From an uncultured Isosphaeraceae bacterium (lineage in GTDB: Bacteria > Planctomycetota > Phycisphaerae > Phycisphaerales > SM1A02), in the NCBI GenBank assembly GCA_964546585.1, contig CAZJKE010000001.1, forward strand, positions 27,521 to 91,520: DNA of 64,000 bases. The letters run 5' to 3'. The stretch's first letter is position 1. Each line of letters begins with the position of its first letter. The notes under the pieces are model-generated. The model did not search any database and was not told the DNA's origin. It saw only the letters and a list, made by a program, of their open reading frames with translations. Shown here in pieces: positions 58,301-64,000 of the stretch. The position numbers and the translations under genes were made by a program.

Positions 58301-59545
58301 AAGATCAAGAGCGAAGGTCTCAGCAGAAAACATCTGAAGGATCCGCCCTGCCATCTCGGGCAAATCAACCGCGCCGCGCCGCCCCGCACGCGAATGCAAT
58401 CCTTCAATGTCCACCGACATCCGGACCGTTGCGAGTTCCAGCGCTTCACCCAACCACTCCTCCGATGTTCTGCCGGACATGGCCGGCAGGTCCTCGATCT
58501 CAACACTTGCGCGGAATGGAACGGTGGCTGTTCCAGCATCGGAACTCGTCGACTCGAACTCGCCAGCAAGATTCTCGACCTGCACACCACCGCCGGCCAA
58601 TCGTATGGTGCCCGAATGCGCGCGGACTTTGGCCTCCCCGAGCATCGGCGTCAGCGATCCTGCCTCGTAATGTGTCCACGGCACTGCGGCTATCTGCGGA
58701 AGCAGCAGCGTCATGTCCCCGATCTCCATGGATACGGTCAGCGCACCGAATTCGTCCCGTGCAATCGCAACATCAGCCACTTCGCCCTGCAAACTGATTT
58801 CGCGAAGCCAGGCAGATGCCGCTGGCGGAAGAATTCGGTAGAGCGTCTCATCAACCACGAGGCCTTCAACATGAAGGCTGGGGCCGCTTTCCCTCCTGGA
58901 GACCCGACCGGAAAAGTTCAAGTCGTCACCATCGCCCGACATTTCAAACCGATATTCACCATCTTCTGTCGTCCGTCCGCGACCGTCGAAGACCTGTCGC
59001 TCAACCGCCCGCCAAGTACCTTGCTCGTAGATCCCGCTCTCGATCATGAACCTATGGAGATGCATGTCGGGAAAGTCGGCCGCACTGCCGTCTTGCATGG
59101 AAGACCATCCGCTGTCGTCCTCACTTGTCCCCAACGCCATGACATTGAACATGGCCGGATCCGCGCCGCTCTCTCCGAGGCGAAATACGCCGCCGTCCAC
59201 ATCGATTCTCAACAGGGAACTTCCGAAAAACGGAAGTGCGGGGCCACTAAAGTGCAGCACTGCGGTATCGATCTGCAGCACGCGTCCGCCATCGCCGTCG
59301 ATGCCCGGCGCGCGAAGAGCGAGATCCTCCAAATGAATCGCGTTCCATCCATCCCATGATGCTCTGGCAATGGTCGCCTCTCCGCCGAATGCTCTACCGA
59401 GTGTTGGCGAAAGGATGCTGGCGAGCATGGATGGCCTCGTTGCGATGAACAGTCCCCCAGCCGCAATGACGATGAGGCCACTGGCCACGATCGCAATGGT
59501 GCGGCGGCGGCGCCAAGCCCCCTGCTGTGCAGGCGTTCGTAGCAT
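55388..59545 (-). CDS. Giant (1385 aa) TamB/AsmA-like envelope protein
   Basis: Single N-terminal TM anchor (IAIVASGLIVIAAGGLFIA), then a very long Gly/Val/Asp/Thr-rich beta-type sequence without enzymatic motifs. ATG 59545 lies 2 nt after the trpE stop. Confidence 0.45.
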   Translation of the reverse strand: MLRTPAQQGAWRRRRTIAIVASGLIVIAAGGLFIATRPSMLASILSPTLGRAFGGEATIARASWDGWNAIHLEDLALRAPGIDGDGGRVLQIDTAVLHFSGPALPFFGSSLLRIDVDGGVFRLGESGADPAMFNVMALGTSEDDSGWSSMQDGSAADFPDMHLHRFMIESGIYEQGTWRAVERQVFDGRGRTTEDGEYRFEMSGDGDDLNFSGRVSRRESGPSLHVEGLVVDETLYRILPPAASAWLREISLQGEVADVAIARDEFGALTVSMEIGDMTLLLPQIAAVPWTHYEAGSLTPMLGEAKVRAHSGTIRLAGGGVQVENLAGEFESTSSDAGTATVPFRASVEIEDLPAMSGRTSEEWLGEALELATVRMSVDIEGLHSRAGRRGAVDLPEMAGRILQMFSAETFALDLQFNYERKKGEDSLIGKVMIEGGSGEYEWFQYPLHDVKAIITVKNDDVVIESLQARGADSSTVQIWGDVLSLASEPTVDLTLMVQDAPVDAALRRALSPTLQDLLDRLFDKEAIASLSKNSVLPDAAMISDAKVREVSLSKALAELGSDTPAEEVARLRLQQGQAAAMGVLRSFEPGGTIDLEFSIASQPQGDVAVTGKILFDGIGVVHREFPYPVVVGPGEVIVGEEYIVIGETSPVPIHGPGGGRGAISGRVDFPDGADPVPELVIELAQESITPTLVQSVSMLAGDSYQTALALLNGLGLQGKVTATGKIAANGNGGIAAEFAVGVSSGTSILQPSLATAIGAAGPFWPPGFWLGDVSAFIQVSADGIEVTNASATSGECTMIGAMSISHERLELNMVGQSVPISDRLVGVLPPESAQRLASAWHVLSPRGTMDATFSFVHTDGEGLLTLVAEPNSVALETDWGTEQLVPESGTIRVVDGDIRFEDFRFAASSDERSDGVLHLNGKVQAATEEAALDLQGGWESGNMALPLIRGVAEIAGGSRASAVVDSYDPEGRFIATIDVRGEASEVDYDVVFQPTSFHADFGGRRVEIQLEQGRAVFQPGMLQLEEFSGRLGEGVFGIGGTIRTSQGIGGLLSMEWRGPADDPALLTVLPGGVGTTFEAIELAGGQSEIKRGQGQLRLHGESFDDLGVVFEGDLDIRDTSIVAGLPLKDIDGVVHINGAYEKERLSELDLILDMERLSLAGRTVTDVGGVLRLDAAQEILRLEDVRGWSSGGVLAVTGSVGIGDRTEFDVTVLLDGVQLASADAKDAVARLEGALTAWFGVAGDRGNMNSRHGRGRVTVRNGNLATIPASMQALRILEFTPPTADVIDHADIELYLRGDELVLESIWLEDSDAAGTPFIMTGTGTIAYPEMEVHAVLKPRAGWAGLRDVAGVITDALFVVDVSGPLLDPTVSVVVLPSFAPSSK

Positions 59546-59547
59546 CG

Positions 59548-61116
59548 TCAATCTCGGTGTGACCCGAAGGCCGCCTCCGCCACATCGATAGCTCGCCCCA
59601 TCGCGGCAGCCTTGTCGATGGTCTCCTCCCACTCCCGCGACGGATCGGAGTCGATCACAATGCCGGCTCCGGCCTGCAGATCGATTCGCCATCCATCGGC
59701 ATTCGCCTCTGAAACTGGTATCACCATTGTTCGAAGCGCAATCGCGACATCCATATCGCCACCCAACCCAACCATGCCGATGCCGCCGGCGTAGGGGCCG
59801 CGACGAGTCGGTTCAAGTTCATCGATGATCTGCATTGCACGGATTTTCGGAGCGCCGCTGACGGTGCCGACTGGCAGCGTTGCTGCCAAGGCGTCCCACG
59901 AATCGGATTCATGGGCCAATTGCCCCCGCACAGTCGAACTCAAGTGCATGACATGGCTGTATCGCTCGACATCCATGATACGAGTGATCTCAATGGAACC
60001 AAGTTCGCACACCGTCCCCAGATCGTTACGACCGAGATCAACGAGCATGACATGTTCCGCCTTCTCCTTGGCATCCGTTTTCAGATCGGCTTCGAGTTCA
60101 AGATCCTCCCCCGGATCTGCACTCCGCTTTCGGGTCCCCGCCAGTGGCCGGTTGATGACTTCTCTCCCCCGGCAGCGGCAGAGGATCTCCGGGCTGGATG
60201 CCGCGAGTATGACGCCTTCGGCCTGCAGATAGATCATGTAGGGACTTGGGTTGACGACCCGCAACGCGCGGTAGATTTCAAATGGATCAACGAGCGTGCG
60301 TCGCTCCAGTCGCTGCGAGAGAACAACTTGGAAGATATCACCTTCGGCGATGTACTTGCGGCATCGCTCCACTGCCGTCTCAAAGTCATCGCGAGTGAAA
60401 TTGGATTCGGTTGGCTGCTGCGGGACATCGCGAATGTCAATGTCCACCAGCCCGGCTGGAATGTCCGGTGATGGAGAGAGGAGTTGTGCCTCCAGCGTAT
60501 CCAATGCTTCACAGGCCTCCGACCATGCTTCTTCATCGCCGCCGCTGGAGACAATCGCGTTGTGGACGATGTGCACGACCCCCGTCACATGATCAAACAC
60601 CACAATTGAACGGTAGAGTGCCATATGCAAGTCAGGGAGATGACGGTCATCAACTGGTGCGGAAGAGAACGGGATTGCCTCCAACTCTCTGAAGCGAGCA
60701 GTGTCGTACCCGGCAAATCCAACCCATCCGCCAATGAAGCCCGGCAGTGGCAGGTCGCCGGTCGCCATTGGTGGGGCCACTGTCCAGTTTCGGGAGAGAT
60801 CGCGGACCGTGCCGATCGGATCGCCGCCCTTGATCTCCTGGCGACTGCCCTTGGCATGGTCGATCACCGCGATATCACCTTGCCTGGCAATGACCTCCAA
60901 ACTCGGCTGAGCACCGAGATAGGAGTAGCGGCCAACTTCTGTTCCATTCTCGACCGATTCAAAGAGGAAACTCGGTGCCGCGCGGTCGTCGGGGGCGACG
61001 AGCCGCCGGTAGGCCATCACGGGTGTGAGGTGATCCGCCATGAGGCGGCGAACCACCGGCACCACCGATGCCTTCGATGCTCGAGCCCGGAATTGATCTG
61101 AAACCTCGGTGGCCAT
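59548..61116 (-). CDS. trpE: Anthranilate synthase component I
   Basis: LTPVMAYRRL, LSSTVRGQL, GAPKIRAMQIIDELE and RGPYAGGIG motifs. Start set at ATG 61116 (alternative 61134). Confidence 0.92.
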   Translation of the reverse strand: MATEVSDQFRARASKASVVPVVRRLMADHLTPVMAYRRLVAPDDRAAPSFLFESVENGTEVGRYSYLGAQPSLEVIARQGDIAVIDHAKGSRQEIKGGDPIGTVRDLSRNWTVAPPMATGDLPLPGFIGGWVGFAGYDTARFRELEAIPFSSAPVDDRHLPDLHMALYRSIVVFDHVTGVVHIVHNAIVSSGGDEEAWSEACEALDTLEAQLLSPSPDIPAGLVDIDIRDVPQQPTESNFTRDDFETAVERCRKYIAEGDIFQVVLSQRLERRTLVDPFEIYRALRVVNPSPYMIYLQAEGVILAASSPEILCRCRGREVINRPLAGTRKRSADPGEDLELEADLKTDAKEKAEHVMLVDLGRNDLGTVCELGSIEITRIMDVERYSHVMHLSSTVRGQLAHESDSWDALAATLPVGTVSGAPKIRAMQIIDELEPTRRGPYAGGIGMVGLGGDMDVAIALRTMVIPVSEANADGWRIDLQAGAGIVIDSDPSREWEETIDKAAAMGRAIDVAEAAFGSHRD

Positions 61117-61118
61117 GG

Positions 61119-61225
61119 GGCACAGTGTACGCATCGGTGTCCGAGACCCCCGGGGCACCCCCGTGGAAGGGTGCGTGCAGCCTTCCCGGGGGTGTCGGAC
61201 ACCGAGACTGTACCTACACTGTGCC
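61119..61225. promoter_or_regulatory. About 105-bp imperfect palindrome filling the divergent trpE / ABC-ATPase intergenic region
   Basis: Outer arms 61119-61129 (GGCACAGTGTA) and 61215-61225 pair over 11 bp. Inner arms 61134-61154 and 61185-61205 pair over 21 bp with one mismatch. There is also a central GGAAGG/CCTTCC hairpin. Confidence 0.55.
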
Positions 61226-61227
61226 GC

Positions 61228-61938
61228 ATGACCACAGCACACTGCGTTGTTCGGCTTCAAGGCGTCCGCCGCGACTATTGCAAGCCTGACGGCAGCATTC
61301 TGGTCGAGGCGTTGCGGGGTGTCGATCTGGAAGCAATGGGAGGCGAGTACATCGCCGTCATGGGCCCATCGGGCTCCGGCAAGAGCACGCTCATGAACAT
61401 CCTCGGGTGCCTCGACAGGCCCTCAGCAGGGTCCTATCAACTCGACGGAATCAACGTGTCACATCTGGACGACACCGCCCTCTCGGACATTCGAGGCCGC
61501 CGGATCGGCTTTGTCTTTCAGTCATTCAACCTCATCTCCGAGTTGACAATTGAAGAGAATGTGGAGGTACCGCTGTTCTACCAGGGTGTCGGGCCTGCCC
61601 AGCGTCGCGAGCGGGCCATCAAAATGCTTCAGCGGGTTGGTCTTGGCGACCGCCTTTCCCACCGCCCGACGGAACTCTCCGGCGGTCAGCAACAACGGGC
61701 GGCAATAGCGCGGTCGCTGGTCGTGAAACCCGCCATGTTGCTTGCCGATGAACCAACCGGCAACCTCGACTCTGCCACCGGATCATCCATTCTTGCCCTG
61801 CTTGATGAACTGCACCAGGAGGGACTGACGATGTTCGTCGTGACACATGACAGCAGAATCGCGGAACGCTGCCAGCGGGTCATCCATCTTGAGGACGGCG
61901 CAATCGACTGCGACACCAGCCACGGGATGGCGCAGTGA
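61228..61938 (+). CDS. ABC transporter ATP-binding protein (LolD/MacB/FtsE-like)
   Basis: Walker A GPSGSGKST, signature LSGGQQQR and Walker B MLLADEPTGNLD. Start set at ATG 61228. Confidence 0.85.
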   Translation: MTTAHCVVRLQGVRRDYCKPDGSILVEALRGVDLEAMGGEYIAVMGPSGSGKSTLMNILGCLDRPSAGSYQLDGINVSHLDDTALSDIRGRRIGFVFQSFNLISELTIEENVEVPLFYQGVGPAQRRERAIKMLQRVGLGDRLSHRPTELSGGQQQRAAIARSLVVKPAMLLADEPTGNLDSATGSSILALLDELHQEGLTMFVVTHDSRIAERCQRVIHLEDGAIDCDTSHGMAQ

Positions 61939-61939
61939 C

Positions 61940-62422
61940 ATGCGGGTGTTGGGTATCGACCCCGGCCTCAACATCGCCGGCTATGGGTGTATTGAACTCT
62001 GCTCCGCCGGTGACACACCCCGCATCGTCGAAGCCGGCGCTATTCGCCTGAAACAGGGCGCATCGCTGCATTGGCGCCTCGGCCAACTCTACACAGCGAT
62101 CAGCGAGATCGTGGCCGAACTACATCCAGATCATCTTGCAGTCGAACAGGTTTTTTCCCACGCGAGGCAGGTCCGAACTGCCATCCTGCTGGGGCATGCC
62201 CGCGGAGTCATCCTGCTCGCTGGTGCAGAGGCCAATCTCCCGCTCACCGAACTTGCCCCAGCGTCGATAAAGAAGTCCATCGCAGGAAACGGACAGGCCA
62301 CCAAGGGGCAGATGCAACACGCCGTAGCGAGCATTCTTGGTCTCAAGGAACCGCCTGAACCTTCCGATGTCGCTGACGCGCTGGCCATCGCCATCACTGC
62401 CGCTACCCGGGAGACTTGCTGA
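61940..62422 (+). CDS. ruvC: Holliday junction resolvase RuvC
   Basis: MRVLGIDPGLNIAGYG N-terminus (catalytic Asp), AVEQVF, and C-terminal SDVADALAIA. ATG 61940 lies 1 nt after the upstream stop. Confidence 0.92.
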   Translation: MRVLGIDPGLNIAGYGCIELCSAGDTPRIVEAGAIRLKQGASLHWRLGQLYTAISEIVAELHPDHLAVEQVFSHARQVRTAILLGHARGVILLAGAEANLPLTELAPASIKKSIAGNGQATKGQMQHAVASILGLKEPPEPSDVADALAIAITAATRETC

Positions 62423-63014
62423 ACACCAACCGCACGGGCGTTCCAGGCGGCGGCACCATTTCTGCTGCGACCTCCCAGGATGGCTGCGCAACATCTGCTC
62501 GATCCGGCACAACACGCTCGCACCCCACGACCTCGTCGCCGAAGGTCACGAGGCCAACGATTGAGCCACTTCGATTCGCCGCATACCCGCGATCTTCAAT
62601 CGATCCGGCAAATCTCCAATGAAGTGGCCCCTCACCGATCACCCAATCGGTCACTGGAAAGGTGCGACCGTTGTGTTGGACCAAGACCTGAAGGGGATCA
62701 CCGTCTGGCGGCCGCAAGTGCAACGCTCCAACAGCATCTACCTCCCACGCACCCGGCCGCCCTGGTGTGAACCCTGCTGCGATCAGGGCTGCATGAAGCA
62801 GATGCGGCGAGACATCGATCCGCAGCAGCGACTCGTGTTCTCTCGTTCCGATGCCGCATGCAATCTGTTCCAGCCATCCCGCATCAAGACAAGTCGTCGC
62901 AGGGAGGGACACCGACCTCCCGGGCATGATCACCAGCCCTTCCGCAAGATGAACGCCTCGGACCTGTCCGCAGGACGCCATCAACATCCACGCAACGAGA
63001 CCAAGCGTGCGCAC
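62403..63014 (-). CDS. Secreted YdjY-like domain protein
   Basis: Signal/lipobox-like VRTLGLVAWMLMASCG, and CLDAGWLEQIACGIGTREHESLLRIDVSPHLLHAALIAAGFTPGRPG, which resembles the YdjY-domain pattern as I recall it. GTG start at 63014. Confidence 0.45.
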   Translation of the reverse strand: MRTLGLVAWMLMASCGQVRGVHLAEGLVIMPGRSVSLPATTCLDAGWLEQIACGIGTREHESLLRIDVSPHLLHAALIAAGFTPGRPGAWEVDAVGALHLRPPDGDPLQVLVQHNGRTFPVTDWVIGEGPLHWRFAGSIEDRGYAANRSGSIVGLVTFGDEVVGCERVVPDRADVAQPSWEVAAEMVPPPGTPVRLVFSKSPG

Positions 63015-63050
63015 GCCTGAGCGTACCGCGGCGGAGCGTTTCTATTGGAC

Positions 63051-63097
63051 AAGAAAGAAAAAAGGCCCGGTAGATGCCGAAGCACCATACCGAGCCC
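63051..63097 (-). terminator. Strong Rho-independent terminator-like hairpin (UUCG tetraloop plus U-tract), 37 nt upstream of the YdjY-like gene start
   Basis: Minus strand: GGGCUCGGUA(UGG)UGC-UUCG-GCA(UC)UACCGGGCC followed by UUUUUUCUUUCUU. Confidence 0.6.
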
Positions 63098-63290
63098 TTC
63101 CGGGGGCAAATCAGGTCGCGGGCGGCGCCTCGCGACAGGGAGATGATACGCCCATGACGGCCTGCGCCAAGGGGCCCTACGGGTTTTTTTGGGATTTTGG
63201 CGATTCGCCGCCACGCATCCTGATCGGCAGAATCGCCCCTTCTCTGGTACCGTGCCCCGCTTCTCTCATTCCCATACGGAGCGTCTCTTC

Positions 63291-64000
63291 ATGCTGAGTT
63301 CAAGCCTTTCAGTCCTGGTGCCCTTTCTCTGCCTGTTGGCCTTCGCCGGGGCTCCCGATGACCTCCTGCAACGCTACTGCGTCGCTCGAGACTCCATACA
63401 GAATCAGCGAGGACTCGCCCCGGGCGACCGCGAAACGCTCGCCGGATTGTATGGCGAACTTTCCTCTTGGTCAGAAGATAACGACGACCCGCGTGTGACG
63501 GCGGCTGAACTTCAACTCGCGATCTGGCTGGGGAATCTGGATGACGCGGCGGATCGATTCGACGAATTGACCGCAATGCTCCCAGAGAATTCCGGCATTG
63601 CGCTTGCACGCGTTCGTTTTCTGCAAGAACGAATGGAGGCCGATGCAGATGCGCTGTTTGCAGATGTTCGCCATCGATTTCCTCATGCTGCGGAAATATC
63701 TGTGGCGTGGGCAGAGTATCTGGACTCGAAGAACCGTTTCACGGACGCCATTGCGGCGATCGAGCCCGTGGCGGATGATCCGTCAACGCATGCCCAACTC
63801 GCCGAGTTGTACTGGGCGGACAATCGCTTTGACGAAGCGATTCAGCAGATAGCCGTCATCGACCCCGCAGCGCTTGCCGCCGATCCCGGACTCAGCACGA
63901 TTACAGGGCGCAGCAAGGACAAGTACGAGAAGGCGCAGAACGCATGGGCCGAGGAGTCAGCCTTGAGAGACGCTTCCTCTGACCTCCCACAGGCGCAGAT
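63291..64000 (+). CDS. Secreted TPR-like repeat protein, 5-prime partial (continues beyond window end)
   Basis: Hand translation from ATG 63291 is open to the window end (236 codons). It shows a signal peptide MLSSSLSVLVPFLCLLAFAGAP and helical repeats (AELQLAIWLGNLDDAADRFDEL, AQLAELYWADNRFDEAIQQI). It is missing from the ORF track because no stop lies in the window. Confidence 0.55.
   Translation, partial: MLSSSLSVLVPFLCLLAFAGAPDDLLQRYCVARDSIQNQRGLAPGDRETLAGLYGELSSWSEDNDDPRVTAAELQLAIWLGNLDDAADRFDELTAMLPENSGIALARVRFLQERMEADADALFADVRHRFPHAAEISVAWAEYLDSKNRFTDAIAAIEPVADDPSTHAQLAELYWADNRFDEAIQQIAVIDPAALAADPGLSTITGRSKDKYEKAQNAWAEESALRDASSDLPQAQ

Noticed and set aside
58142-59359. 405-aa plus-strand ORF inside the TamB-like gene region
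   Set aside because: Antisense shadow of the 1385-aa minus-strand ORF, with Arg/His/Cys-rich composition.
61117-61227. Classical trp leader peptide/attenuator upstream of trpE
   Set aside because: There is no short ORF with tandem Trp codons and no U-tract terminator. The region is instead one long palindrome shared with the divergent gene.
63171-63190. Plus-strand intrinsic terminator (CCC-UAC-GGG followed by U7)
   Set aside because: The stem is only 3 bp (5 with wobbles), and no plus-strand gene ends upstream of it. It is noted only as part of the structured region, not called as a terminator.
63015-63290. Possibility that the structured intergenic RNA is SRP (4.5S) RNA or a TPP riboswitch
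   Set aside because: A CCC-GGAA-GGG hairpin and an ACCUGAU string are superficially reminiscent. However, the SRP domain IV symmetric-loop sequence (GGAAGCAGC / AGGUC context) and the TPP CUGAGA element are absent. It is left as an unclassified structured RNA candidate.

Overview
High-GC, very gene-dense bacterial chromosomal segment: about 55 protein genes, 3 tRNAs, and only about 1.2 kb of non-coding DNA in total. Content is almost entirely housekeeping.

Main gene groups:
- Cell wall: murE-murF-mraY, in one operon with def-fmt-queA.
- Central and biosynthetic genes: kdsB, pyrG, sdhCAB, guaB, accBC, aroA, trpE, gltX, pssA, ruvC.
- A homogentisate (tyrosine catabolism) cluster: hppD-hmgA facing fahA.
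- A BtuFCD-type importer coupled to an MsbA-type exporter.
- Two very large secreted proteases next to an FHA-GAF-PP2C regulator.
- A TamB/AsmA-like giant envelope protein.
- A PilT-type ATPase operon.

The dockerin-tailed protease, YdjY-like protein, sulfotransferase, fragmentary dcw cluster and lone PilT module are most compatible with a Planctomycetota-like organism. That is inference only.

I found no CRISPR array, no transposase, integrase or phage genes, and no recognisable defence system, so most of the window is ordinary core genome.

Two technical points about the ORF track:
- It writes GTG and TTG starts as M.
- It omits ORFs that run off the window edges. I recovered two such genes by hand: a reading frame of at least 970 codons on the minus strand at 1-2912, and a plus-strand gene from 63291 to the window end.

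Observations most worth a second look:
1. PilT + membrane-anchored, catalytically degenerate GspE-like protein + CvpA-like membrane protein (33231-37710).
2. The homogentisate cluster lacks a recognisable maleylacetoacetate isomerase but has an uncharacterised ORF abutting fahA.
3. A structured 276-bp intergenic region with a strong UUCG-loop intrinsic terminator sits upstream of a gene start (63015-63290).
4. A roughly 105-bp imperfect palindrome fills the trpE / ABC-ATPase divergent intergenic region.
5. A tandem 12-mer repeat and a canonical G-quadruplex motif lie between hmgA and fahA.

All functional calls rest on motifs read from the translations and on my recollection of the families. 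No database search was run.
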